In this document: positions 24,007 to 36,654 of the stretch, piece after piece
Layout: every line of letters starts with the position of its first letter
How positions within the stretch are numbered: the first letter of the stretch is position 1
Source of the DNA: Anaeramoeba ignava BMAN
Taxonomy: Eukaryota > Protista > Anaeramoebae
Direction of reading: 5' to 3'
NCBI GenBank assembly: GCA_028826165.1
Contig: JAPDFW010000084.1
Coordinates: forward strand, 261,614-325,613
DNA length: 64,000 bases
The notes under the pieces: model-generated
What the model was told of the DNA's origin: nothing
The model's input: only the letters and a program-made list of their open reading frames with translations
The model's database searches: none
Position numbers and translations under genes: made by a program

Positions 24007-27000
24007 ATGACTACAAAAAAATTAGAACCTTTTGAAGTTTTAGCAATAGCAGATTGGATTCCACAAGACGATAAAGAATTAGCATTTAAAAAAAATGATA
24101 AAATTACAATTATTGATAATAATTATAATTGGTGGGTTGGATATATTGAAAAATCACAACCAGGACTTATTCCAAAAAAGTAAGCAAAATAAATTTTAAT
24201 AAAAAACTAATTTCCTTTCCTTTTAATAAAAAAATTTTTTTTCCCTTTTTATTTCTAATAGTTTTATATCATTTGATTCTTCTAAAATTGAAACTGAAAA
24301 CTTAAGTAAACAAAAACAAATTGTTTCAATGATTCATTTAGAATTTAAAATTAAAATTAAAATTTAAATTAAAATTAAAATTAAAATTAAAATTAAAATT
24401 CAAATTAAAATCAAAATTAAATTTAAAATTAAAATTAAAATTAAATTTAAATTTAAATTTAAAATTAAAATTAAAATTAAAATTAAAATTAAATTTTAAA
24501 ATTAATTGGTGGGTTTAAAATTAAAATTAAAATTAAAATCAAAAATTAAAATTAAAATTAAAAATTAAAATTAAAATTTAAAATTTTAAAATTAAAAAAT
24601 TAAAATTAAAATTAAAAATTTAAAATTAAAATTTAAAATTAAAAATCAAAATTAAAATTAAAATTAAAATTAAAATTAAAATTAAAATTAAAATTAAAAT
24701 TAAATTTTAAAATCAAAATTAAAATTAAAATAAAAATTAAATTCAAAATTAAAAATTAAAATTCAAAATTAAATTTAAAAATTAAAAATTAAAAATTAAA
24801 AATTAAAATTAAAAATTAAAATTAAAAAAATTAAAATTAAAATTAAAATTAAAATTAAAATTAAAATTAAAATTAAAATTAAAATTAAAAATTAAAATTA
24901 AAATTAAAATTAAATTTAAAATTAAAATTAAATTAAATTAAAAATCAAAATTCAAATTAAAAATTAAAATTAAAATTAAAATTAAAATTAAAATTAAAAT
25001 TAAAAATTAAATTAAAACTAAAATCAAATTTAAAATTAAAATCAAAATTAAAATTAAAATTAAAATTAAAATTAATATTAAAATTAAAAATTAGATTCAC
25101 AAAATCAAACAAATATACCACCAAAACCAGTTCCAAAACCTTTATCAATAAGACAAATTAAAAACTCAAAACCACCACTTCCAAAAAATCCTAAACCAAA
25201 CATGAATAGAAAAAAACAAATTACATCACAAGCATTTCCAAATCCCAAAACAAAACCGATTCCAAAACAAGAAAATCCACCAATTAATATTGAAGAAAAT
25301 CAAATTGAAAATCAAATTGAAAATGAAAATCAAATTGAAAATAATTATGAATTTCAAGATGAAAATCAAATTGAAGATGAAAATGAAAATCGAAATTGAA
25401 AATGAAAATCAAATTGAAAATGAAAATCAAAATGAAAATAATTACGAATTTCAAGATGAAAATCAAATTGAAAATCAAAATAATTATGAATTTTTTGATG
25501 AATCATTACCTCCTCCTCCTAAAATTATTGCTGAAGACTTTACACAAAATTTTGAACCAATTTTAGAGCAAGATTTACCTCCAATTCCTATTGAATTTCA
25601 AACACAAGCAAAATATTTTTTGGATGTAAAATTCAAACAAAATATTTTCTTTCTTTTTATTTAATTTTAAAATCAAATTCTCAGGAAAATTTTGTTTGGA
25701 AATTAGATGAAAAATTTGTTCCTTTAAAATTTGAAGTCAGTTTATTACCATCAAATTCAAAATCTGGAGGAAAACTAGACAAAATGAAATTTTTAGTTGT
25801 TTCAAGTGTAAATTTAAAAGAATTTCATTTAATCAATCATTTAATCAATTATAATTAATTTTTTTTTAGTCACAAGAATATACAGTTGAAAGAACTTTTT
25901 TCCAATTCAGAACTTTTAGAGATCAATTATCAGAACAATTCCAAAGTTGTGCTATTCCTTCTCTTGTTAATATTAAGAAGAATGGTAAACGAATTATAAT
26001 TCAAAAATTCAAAATGAAAAAATTTAAAAGAATTTAAAATGTGAAAAAATTTTTTGGATGTTTTAGATTCTCCTGATAAAATTTTAGCAATATTTTTGAA
26101 TAGAATTGCTTCTCATCCAATTTTAGGAACTTCTGATTTATTTAAAGATTTTATTGGAATAGAAGTTGAAATTAAAGAGTCAAATAAATTTGATTTTGAA
26201 AATGAATTTGAATCTGCAGTTTCAATTGCAAATACAACTTATAAAATTTCAATTGAAAAATTTGGATTATTTCTTCAAAATCTTGAAAATCAATTCAAAG
26301 AATTGAGATCAGGATTTAATTCACAAACTACAAAATATAAAGGTTGATATTGAATTTAAAAAAAAAAATAATTTTAATTTAAATTTAAACGGAAAAAATT
26401 AAAATGAAATATTTTGCTCCATTTTTTTAGAATTATCAGTAATATTCTCAGATTTGGCTTCAAAAGTTACTGGATTTAGTAAAATAGGCTTGGATTGGAG
26501 AACAAAAGAAAATTTAGATGAAGATACAATTAATACAATAGCAGCAATTTCAAATTCACTAGTTGGATTATCATCATGTCTTTATAAACTTTATAAAATA
26601 TATGAAAATGACTTGAGAATTCCAAATGATTTAATATGCGATTTCTTTAATGAATATTTTGGGATATTTTCCGCTTTTGATGATGTTTGGAAACAAAAAG
26701 ATAGAATTAAAGCACAAAAAGAACTTGTTACACAAACTTATCAAAAATTACAAACAAGCACATCTAAAAATTTCCAAAAAATTTCAATTGAAGGTGAAAA
26801 ACTTGAAAAAACAACAAAACTTGATGCCAAATTTGAATTGGCAATTCTTGCCGAAATGGAGAATTTTAGATATTCTCTTTCTTCTGATTTTAAATCAAAT
26901 CTTGAAAATTATGTTCAATCCCAAATTGATATTAGTGAACAAATGACTGAATTATGGAAAGATATGATTCCTTTAATTGATTCAATTGATGTTAAAAAAG

Positions 27001-27023
27001 GATCAAAAGAAAATTCAAATTAA
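24007..27023 (+). CDS. SH3-(Pro-rich)-PX-BAR sorting nexin (SNX9/18/33-like architecture), 7 exons, apparent 1-nt insertion near 25392
   Basis: SH3 AIADWIPQDDKELAFKKND...WWVG...GLIP; PxxP tracts; PX VERTFFQFRTFRDQL...AIPSL...FLNRIASHPILGTSDLFKDF; BAR end EMENFR...DFKSNLENYVQSQI. Donors at 24180, 24305, 25626, 25808, 25985 and 26343. Confidence 0.8.
24340..25090. repeat. Intronic (AAAATT)n repeat
   Basis: Sorting nexin intron 2. Confidence 0.9.
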
Positions 27024-27215
27024 CCTAATTTAATTTAATTTAATTTAATTTAATTTAATAATCAATCAATTAAAATTTGATCAAGAAAGAGAAAAAAAAT
27101 TTTTTTTTTGCTTTTTTAATTAAAAAAAAAGTGGAACAAACAAACAAAAAAAATTTTTTTTCTTCTTTTTTAAAATTTCATTTTTTCTTTTCTTTAAAAA
27201 TTTGGTTTTAAACAA

Positions 27216-28388
27216 ATGAAAAAATTAAAAGTATTATATCAAATCTCACAGGATGAATTCCCAGCAATCAACAAGAAAATAAACAATTTCCCACGCAATG
27301 CAATATGGTCACCAGATGGATCATGTATTTTAGTAAATTTAGAATCAAGAGAAATGAAATTGTATGAAATCCAAGAAAAAAACGAACCAAATAATGAAGA
27401 GCAAAAAAAAGCTGCGTTAACATTCAAGGAATCTGAAGGAATCACGAGTATGGAATGGAATCCACAAATGAATTCACTTGATCCAAAAACATGTTATTTT
27501 ATTTCAAGTTGTAAAAATTCGCCAGTTCACATGTGGGACGCATATACTGGCAAAATCAAGCAAACAATACACACGAAAAACCAATTTTTTGAATTTGCAG
27601 GACCAAGTGCTCTTGCTTTTTCTTCCGCTGGGGATAAGATTTATTGTGGGTTCAAGAACAATATCCAAATATTTGATATTTTAAATAATTTTGATCCAAT
27701 TCAAAAATTTTCAACTAAAAAACATCAAAAAGGAATAATTTCGAAAATCGTTCATACTCCATTCAACGCAAGTGTGTATGCAGTGGGAACGTTTTCAGGG
27801 AATGTTTCCTGCTATTCCATCAAGAACAACACCTTGGTTTGCCTTCTTGGAAATGGGAATAAAAAAGGAATAACAGAAATCAAATTTTCAAAATGTGGGA
27901 ATTTTATTTTTACTGGATCAAGAATGGAAGATCAAATTTATTGCTTTGATATTCGCCAGCCAAATAAACCTGTTTATTCGTTATTTCGGGAATCAAGAAC
28001 AAACCAAAGAATCTCTTTTGATATTGATTGTTATGGTAATTTTTTAGGAACTGGATCGACAAATTCGAAAATTTTAATTTATGACATTACGAACCCTGAA
28101 AATAAGGTTTTTGAGTATAACGAGCCCAAGAAATCTTGCATAAATTCTTTTCGGTTCCATCCTTTCATTCAAAATGTGTTTCTTGTTTCTTTTGGAGAAC
28201 GTTTTTTTGGGTTTAAAGAAAAACATTTTGAAAAATTCAAATCAAAGTTGGTTGATTTTCCTGTTAGAATTTGCATGATTAGTGAAGATTTAGATAATCA
28301 AGAAGAAGAGGAAAGAAAAGAGAACATAAAATCGGAAAATTTTATTGCGGAAGAGAAAGAAAAAGAAAAAGAAAATGTTGATAATTAG
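27216..28388 (+). CDS. WRAP53: Telomerase Cajal body protein 1 (TCAB1/WDR79), WD40 protein
   Basis: NFPRNAIWSPDGSCIL, EWNPQMNSLDPKTCYFISSCKNSPVHMWDAYTG, IYCFDIR and TNQRISFDID match the TCAB1 family. Confidence 0.85.
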   Translation: MKKLKVLYQISQDEFPAINKKINNFPRNAIWSPDGSCILVNLESREMKLYEIQEKNEPNNEEQKKAALTFKESEGITSMEWNPQMNSLDPKTCYFISSCKNSPVHMWDAYTGKIKQTIHTKNQFFEFAGPSALAFSSAGDKIYCGFKNNIQIFDILNNFDPIQKFSTKKHQKGIISKIVHTPFNASVYAVGTFSGNVSCYSIKNNTLVCLLGNGNKKGITEIKFSKCGNFIFTGSRMEDQIYCFDIRQPNKPVYSLFRESRTNQRISFDIDCYGNFLGTGSTNSKILIYDITNPENKVFEYNEPKKSCINSFRFHPFIQNVFLVSFGERFFGFKEKHFEKFKSKLVDFPVRICMISEDLDNQEEEERKENIKSENFIAEEKEKEKENVDN

Positions 28389-28454
28389 ATGATATTAATT
28401 AAAATTTTTTTTCATTTTTTCTTTTTCATTTTTTCTTTTTCATTTTTTCTTGAA

Positions 28455-31400
28455 ATGATAAAACTTGAATGGTTTTTAATTGGTTATACTTCTTTTCTTG
28501 TTTTTTTTGTTTATGTTTTACTTTTTGGACAAAGTGATTATCATCGAAATGGAATAATTGGTTTTCTTTATCAATTTTTATCTTATAAAATATTTATTTA
28601 TTTCAGGTAAAAGAAAATTTAATTTAATTTAATTTAATTAAATTGAAGAATCGAATTTTTATATTTGATTTTTTTATTAGGCTTTTAATTACAAAATGTT
28701 TTGGAAAAAGAATGGAAACTCGTTTAGATAATTTTTCTCATTATTTTCTTCAAACAAAGAACCCTTTTTTAATGATATTTTATTTAGTTGTTCTTTTTGG
28801 TGGTTTAACTATTTTTTTTATTTCTGTTTTTCCAGAAATGTTTTTTTGTCCAACTCTTTCAAATTTACATATGTATTCAAAATGAATTTTATTATAAAAT
28901 TTATTATAAAATTAATTATTAAATTTATTATAAAAATTATTATAAAATTTATTATAAAAATTATTATAAAATTTATTATAAAAATTATTTTAAAATTTAT
29001 TATAAAATTTATTATTAAATTTATTATAAAATTTATTATTAAATTTATTATTAAATTTATTATTAAATTTATTATTAAAATTATTATTAAAATTATTATT
29101 AAAATTATTATTAAAATTATTATTAAAATTATTATTAAATTTATTATAAAATTTATTATAAAATTTATTATAAAATTATTATTAAAAAATTATTAAAAAA
29201 AATTATTATAAAATTTATTATAAAAATTTATTATAAAATTTATTATAAAAATTATTATAAAATTTATTACAAAATTTATTATAAAATTTATTATAAAAAT
29301 TATTATAAAAATTATTATAAAATTTATTATTATAAAAATTTATTATAAAAATTTATTATAAAATTTATTATAAAATTTATTATAAAATTTATTATAAAAT
29401 TTATTATTAAATTTATTATAAAATTTATTATAAAAAATTATTTTAAAAATTATTATAAAATTATTATTAAAAATTATTATAAAAAATTATTATAAAAATT
29501 ATTATAAAAATTATTATTAAATTATTATTAAATTTATAATTAAATTATTTTAAAATTTATTATAAAATTATTATTAAATTTATTATAAAATTTATTATAA
29601 AAATTATTATAAAATTATTATAAAATTTATTATAAAATTATTAAAATTTATTATAAAAATTTATTATAAAATTTTATTATAAAATTTATTATAAAATTTA
29701 TTATAAAAATTATTATTAAATTTATTATAAAAATTATTATAAAATTTATTATAAAATTATTATAAAAATTATTATAAAATTATTATAAAAATTATTATAA
29801 AAAATTATTATTAAAATTATTATTAAAATTATTATTAAAAAATTATTATTAAATTTATTATAAAATTATTATTAAATTATTATTAATTTATTATTAAATT
29901 TATTATAAAAATTATTTTAAAATTTATTATTAAATTTATTATAAAAATTTATTATAAAATTTATTATTAAATTTATTATAAAATTAATTATTAAAATTAT
30001 TATTAAAATTTATTATAAAATTTATTATAAAAATTTATTATTAAATTATTTTTAAAATTTATTATAAAAAATTATTATAAAATTTATTATAAAAATTTAT
30101 TATTAAATTTATTATAAAATTTATTATAAAAATTATTATAAAAATTATTTATAAAAATTATTATAAAAATTTATTAAAAAATTATTATTAAAATTTATTA
30201 TAAAATTTATTATAAAATTTATTATATAAAAATTATTATTAAATTATTATAAAAAATTATTATTAAAATTATTATAAAATTTATTATAAAAATTTATTAT
30301 TAAATTTATTATTAAATTTATTATTAAAAATTAGTTAAAATTATTATTAAATTTATTATAAAATTTATTATAAAAAAATTTATTTAATTATTATAAAATT
30401 TATTATAAAATTTATTATAAAATTTATTATAAAATTTATTATAAAATTTATTATAAAATTTATTATAAAATTTATTATAAAATTATTATAAAAATTATTT
30501 TAAAATTTATTATAAAAATTATAATTAAAATTTTATAATTTATTAAAATTATTTTAAAATTTTTCTTTCTTTGTTGAAAATTTTTTTTAGCTTCTATTTA
30601 ATTATTATTTTGTCTCTTGTTTTTGGAAGTTTTCTTATTTGCGTTTACAGTGATCCAGGAATAATTACTTCTGAAAATGTTAATAATTATTTAAAACTTT
30701 ATCCTTATGATTATATGATTTATTTACCAAAAGAATGCTCAACTTGCAAATTACCAAAGTATTATTTATTTGTTTATTTATTATTAAAATTAAAATTAAA
30801 ATTAAAATTAATATTAATATTAATATTATAATAATTCAGACCAGCAAGATCAAAACATTGTAGATTTTTAAATAAATGTATTGCAAGATATGATCATTAT
30901 TGTGGTTGGGTAGCAAATTCAATAGGAGAACTTAATTATCGATATTTTATTTTATTTTTATTCAGTAATTTTGCAATGTGTGTTTATGGTTCATATTTTA
31001 TGTTTAAAATTCTTTCCTGGAAAATTTATGAAAGTCAATTTTTTGTTCAACAAATATCAGAATATGAAGATTCTTTAAAAGATAAACCAAAACTTCAAGA
31101 TTATATTGAAGTATTAAGAATAAAATTATTCAAATTATTCAAAATATTCAAAATATTCAAAATATTCAAAATATTCAAAATATTCAAAATATTCAAAATA
31201 TTTAAAATAAATATTCAAAATATTCAATATATTCAAAATATTTAAAATAAATATTCAAAATAAATATTCAAAATATTTAAAATATTTAAAATAAATATTC
31301 AAAATATTTAAAATAAATATTCAAAATTAAATATTTAAATATTCAAAAATAAATATTTAAGATAAATATTCAAAATATTTAAAATATTTAAAAATAAATA

Positions 31401-32619
31401 TTCAAAATAAATATTTAATATATTCAAAATAAATATTCAAAAATAAATATTATTCAAAATATTTAAAAATAAATATTCAAAAATAAAATATTTAATATAA
31501 AATAAATATTCAAAAATAAATATTCAAAAATATTCAAAATAAATATTCAAAATAAATATTTAAAATATTTAAATAAATATTTAAAGAGTTTAAAATAAAT
31601 ATTTAAAATTTTCAAAATATTTAAAAAACAAATATTCAATATAAATTTTTAAAAATAAATATTTATTAAATATTTTTAAATATTTAAATATTCAAAAATA
31701 AATATTTTAAAATGGAAAATTTTGAAAATAAATATTTTTGTTCAACAAATATCAGATTAAAATAAATATTTTAAAATTTTAAAAAAAAAGATTTAAAAAC
31801 CAAAATATTTAAAGATTTAAGATTGAAATATTTAAAATAAAATATTTTAAAATAAATATTTAAAATAAATATTTAAAATAAATATTCAAAATAAATATTT
31901 AAAATAATTATTCAAATTATTCAAAATAAATATTCAAAATATTTAAAATAAATATTTAAAATATTCAAAATAAATATTTAAAAATAAATATTTAAAATAT
32001 TCAAAATAAATATTTAAAATAAATATTTAAAATATTCAAAATAAATATTTAAAATATTCAAATTATTCAAAATAAATATTTAAAATAAATATTCAAAATA
32101 AATATTTAAAATAAATATTCAAAATAAATATTCAATATATTCAAAATATATATTCAAAATATTCAATATAAATATTTATTCAAAATTTTCAAAATTTTCT
32201 TAAAGTTTTTGTTGGAAAATTACAGAACAATTTCAGGACTATTTTTATTAGTTACATTAATGGCTATTGTTGTTTTTGCTTTCACACTTTATCATTTATA
32301 TTTAATTTCCAAAAATACAACAACTGTTGAAAGTTTTAAATTTAGTGAATTCAAACAATTTCTTCAACAATTAGCTTCAGAAAATAAAGTTTTAATGGTA
32401 AATACAAACTTGGTTTCTCCTCAAAAATCTAAAAATTCAAAAAAAAGAAAAAAATCTAAAAATGAAGATAATCTTAATAACGTTGTTCCTTTAGATCCTA
32501 ATAATTTGAAAAATATTTATAATGTTGGAATTATTGGAAATTTTTTGGAAGTTTTTTTTCCTAAAAGTAGAAGAATACAAAAATCAAAAACAAAATCTCT
32601 TAAACCTAAAAAGAAATAA
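28455..32619 (+). CDS. DHHC-family S-palmitoyltransferase (Swf1/ZDHHC4-like) with a DHYC motif; exons 28455-28606, 28681-28872, 30591-30758, 30840-31110, 32206-32619
   Basis: SDPGIIT, YPYDYMIY, CSTCKLPKPARSKHC, YDHYCGW, NYRYF, TTVE, NIYNVGIIGNFLEVF; TM helices. Confidence 0.9.
28885..30560. repeat. 1.7-kb intronic repeat (ATTATAAAATTT)n
   Basis: DHHC intron 2. Confidence 0.95.
31120..32180. repeat. Intronic repeat (AAAATATTC / AAAATAAATATTT)n
   Basis: DHHC intron 4. Confidence 0.9.
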
Positions 32620-32777
32620 GAAAAGAACAACAACAAAAAAAAGAAGAATAATATTTTTAAAAGAAATTTTTTTTGAATTTCCAAAATAAAATGAAATAAC
32701 TTGAACTAACAAAAAAAATAAATCTAAATTTAAAAAAAAAAAAACAAAAAAAACTATTTTACAAACAAAATTATTTT

Positions 32778-33470
32778 TTAATTTTCAAATTGCCATTTTT
32801 TTGCAATTAATAATTCTTCTAAATTTGCAATTCTTATTATTTGAATATTATGAACAAATTCTCTTGGAAAACGTTGTTTAAAACTAATGAGAATTTTTGG
32901 AATAATTAAAGGATAAATAAGTAAATTATTTTCATTTTCATTTTCATTTTCTTCTAAAACAATTCCTTCAAGATTAATTTTTTCCAAATTTCCATTTTGA
33001 TTTATATTATGAAGAGAAAATGAAATGATTTTTCCTGAAATGTTTCCTTGATTTTCATTGGAATTTTCTTGTTGTTTATTTTGCTCTTTTTCGATAAAAT
33101 TTTGATCATTTTCTTTTAAATTTTGTTTATTCATTTCAATTTTCTTAAATTTTTGTTTTGATAACCATCGTTTTCGACGGCGTTTTTGCGCATTTTTCTT
33201 TTTGATGATTTTCTTCTCTTGTTTTGTAAAAATTCTTTCTATTGATAATTGATCTGATTCTCTTAAAATGGATGTTGTGGATGAATTTGTAATTTGGAAA
33301 CCATTTAAAAACATTTTACAATTTTCTTCTTTAAAATCAATTGGAAGATGAATTTTAATAAAATGAAAAAGGTTTTGATTTTGTTGATTAATTTCCAAAA
33401 TTTTTATTTGAGGAATTTGTTGATTTTCTGAAGAAATTGAAAGTTTAATTCGGATAAAATTTTGGTTCAT
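32778..33470 (-). CDS. Compact coilin-like protein (230 aa)
   Basis: N-terminal IRIKL...KMFLNGFQI...SILRESDQLSI resembles the coilin N-terminal domain; basic AQKRRRKRWL; C-terminal GKIISFSL...LEGIVL resembles the coilin Tudor-like domain. Recognised by eye only. Confidence 0.55.
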   Translation of the reverse strand: MNQNFIRIKLSISSENQQIPQIKILEINQQNQNLFHFIKIHLPIDFKEENCKMFLNGFQITNSSTTSILRESDQLSIERIFTKQEKKIIKKKNAQKRRRKRWLSKQKFKKIEMNKQNLKENDQNFIEKEQNKQQENSNENQGNISGKIISFSLHNINQNGNLEKINLEGIVLEENENENENNLLIYPLIIPKILISFKQRFPREFVHNIQIIRIANLEELLIAKKWQFEN

Positions 33471-33584
33471 TTTTTTTTATTTATATTTTTTTTTTAAAAA
33501 GAAAAAAAATGAAAAGCAAAAAAATTTTTTTCATTTTTTTAATTTTAATTTTCAAAATCAAAATCAAAGTCAAAATCAAAATCA

Positions 33585-36500
33585 ATGTCAAAATCAATGT
33601 CAAAACAACATTTATTAAGAATTAAAAATATTTCTCAATTAGTTCAAGTTTCAAACACTTTTCAAAAATATAAAATTGGAGATGATATGAAAAATGTTAA
33701 TATTAGTGAAAATATGACAATTATTGTTAATAAAGAAGGTAAAATTGAAGATATTGGAAATTCTGATGAGATGGAAAAAAAATATTTAGAACATACTTTT
33801 GAACAAGAAATTGATGCAAAAGGAAAATCTGTTATTCCAGGTAATTATAACTTTTAAAATTAAAATCAAAATTAAAATTAAAATTAAAATTAAAATTAAA
33901 ATTTAAAATCAAAATTAAAATCAAAATTAAAATTAAAATTTGAATTAAAATTAAAATTAAAATTAAAATTAAAATTAAAATTCAATTTAAAACTAAAATT
34001 AAAATTAAAATTAAAATTGAAATTCATTTATAAAATTAAAATTAAAATTAAAATTAAAATTAAAATTAAAATTAAAATTAAAATTCAAATCAAAATTAAA
34101 ATTAAAATATAAATTAAAATTAAATTTAAATTTAAAATTAAAATTAAAATTAAAATTAAATTTAAAATTATAATTAAAATTAAAATTGAATTAAAATTTA
34201 TTTTGTGGAAAAGGGTTTATTGATTGTCATACTCATCCAGTTTGGAGTGGTGATAGATGTCATGAATTTGCAATGAAATTAAATGGAGCAACTTATATGG
34301 AAATTCATAAACAAGGAGGAGGAATTGGTTTTACAGTAAATCATACAAGAGAAAGTTCAGAAGAAGAATTATTAGAATTATTAATTCCCAGACTTAATCA
34401 AATGATGAGATCAGGAACAACACTTGTTGAAGCAAAAAGCGGTTAATATTCTTAAAATTAAAATTAATTTATAAAAATAAAAATTAAAATTAAAATTAAA
34501 ATTAAAATTAAAATTAAAATTAAAATTAAAATTAAAATTAAAATTAAAATTAAAATTAAAATTAAAATTAAAATTAAAATTAAAATTCATTTATAAAATT
34601 AAAATCAAAATTAAAATTAAAATATTAAATTTAAAATTAAAATTAAAATTAAAATTAAAATTAAAATTAAAATTAAAATTAAAATTGAAATTAAAAATTA
34701 AAATCAAAATTCATTTATAAAATTAAAATTAAAAAGGTTATGGATTAAATTGTGAAACAGAAATGAAAATGCTTAAAGTTATTGAAAAAGCTAAGAAAAT
34801 TCATCCAATAGAAATTGTTTCAACATTTTTAGCACATTCAATTCCAAAAGATTCAACAATTGAAAAATATACAGAAAATGTCATTTCAGAACAAATTCCA
34901 AAATTAAAAGAATTAATGGATAAAAAAGAATTATTTCCAGAATTAATTGATGTTTTTTGTGAAAAAGGAGTTTTTGGAATTAAAGAATCAAAAGCAATTC
35001 TTGAAGAAGGAAAAAAATTAGGATTAAAAATTAATTTTCATGGAGATGAACTTAATCCTATAAAAGGAGCTCAATTAGCAAGTGAATTAGAAGCTATTGG
35101 AATTAGTCATCTTGAAAAAATTGATAAAGAAGGAATTAAAGCAATTGCAAAATCAAAAACTTCAGGTGTTTTACTTCCAACAACTGGTTATATTTTAAGG
35201 TTGGAACAAGCTCCAGCTCGAGAAATGATTTCAAAGAATGTTATTATTTCTCTTGCTTCTGATTTTAATCCAAATGTAGATTATTTCAAAATTTATAATT
35301 AAATTTAAAACAAAATTTATAATTAAATTTATAATTAAATTTATAAATAAATTATTTCAAAATTAATAATTAAATTATTTCAAAATTAATAATTAAATTA
35401 ATAATTAAATTTATAATTAAATTAATAATTAAATTTATAATTAAATTAATAATTAAATTTATAATTAAATTAATAATTAAATTTATAATTAAATTATTTC
35501 AAAATTTATAATTAAATTATTTCAAAATTTATAATTAAATTATTTCAAAATTTAAAACAAAATTAATAATTAAATTATTTCAAAATTAATAATTAAATTA
35601 ATAATTAAATTAATAATTAAATTTATAATTAAATTTATAATTAAATTAATTCAAAATTAATAATTAAATTTATAATTAAATTTATAATTAAATTTATAAT
35701 TAAATTTATAATTAAATTATTTCAAAATTTATAATTAAATTAATAATAAAATTTATAATTAAATTAATAATTATATTTATAATTAAATTAATAATTAAAT
35801 TTATAATTAAATTTATAATTAAATTATTTCAAAATTAATAATTAAATTTATAATTAAATTTATAATTAAATTTATAATTAAATTTATAATTAAATTTATA
35901 ATTAAATTTATAATTAAATTTATAATTAAATTTATAATTAAATTTATAATTAAATTTATAATTATATTAATAATTAAATTTATAATTAAATTTATAATTA
36001 AATTAATTCAAAATTAATAATTAAATTATTTCAAAATTTAAAACAAAATTTATAATTAAATTAATAATAAAATTTATAATTAAATTTATAATTAAATATA
36101 TAATTAAATTAATAATTAAATATATAATTAAATTTATAATTAAATTAATAATTAAATTAATAATTAAATTTATAATTAAATTTATAATTAAATTAATTCA
36201 AAATTTATAATTAAATTATTTCAAAATTTATAATTAAATTAATAATTAAATTTATAATTAAATTAATAATTAAATTTATAATTAAATTAATAATTAAATT
36301 TATAATTAAATTTATAATTAAATTTATAATTAAATTTATAATTAAATTAATAATTAATTTTAATTGTAAAATAATAGGCTCCTTGCACATCAATTCCATT
36401 TGTAATGCATTTAGGATGCGTTCAATTAAGAATGACAATGGAAGAAAGTCTTGTTGCAACAACTTTAAATGCTGCTTATTCTTTAGGAAAAAGTGAAACT

Positions 36501-36650
36501 CATGGTTCAATTGAAATTGGAAAATTTGCTGATTTTATTATTTTAAATAACAAATTATGGCAACATATTATATATGAATTAACTTCAGATTCAATTATTG
36601 ACAAAGTTATTAAATTTGGAAAAGTTATTTTTCAAAACGAAAAAAAATGA
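33585..36650 (+). CDS. hutI: Imidazolonepropionase (histidine catabolism, HutI/AMDHD1); exons 33585-33840, 34214-34441, 34737-35275, 36378-36650
   Basis: PGFIDCHTHPVW, GATYMEIH.QGGGI, GTTLVEAKSGYGL, DVFCEKG, NFHGDEL, SHLE, ASDFNPN, ATTLNAA, GSIEIGKFADF. Confidence 0.95.
35280..36365. repeat. Intronic repeat (AATTAAATTTAT)n
   Basis: HutI intron 3. Confidence 0.95.
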
Positions 36651-36654
36651 AATT

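Noticed and set aside
25380-25400. Programmed frameshift in the sorting nexin
   Set aside because: An extra G in one ENQIE repeat copy (CGAAATT versus CAAATT) is best explained as a consensus error.
26031-26066. In-frame TGA at 26042 suggesting readthrough or selenocysteine in the sorting nexin
   Set aside because: Using the TTTTAG acceptor at 26066 removes it and keeps the frame.
33585-36650. HutI or the hydrogenase as bacterial contamination
   Set aside because: Both contain spliceosomal introns and sit among eukaryote-specific genes.
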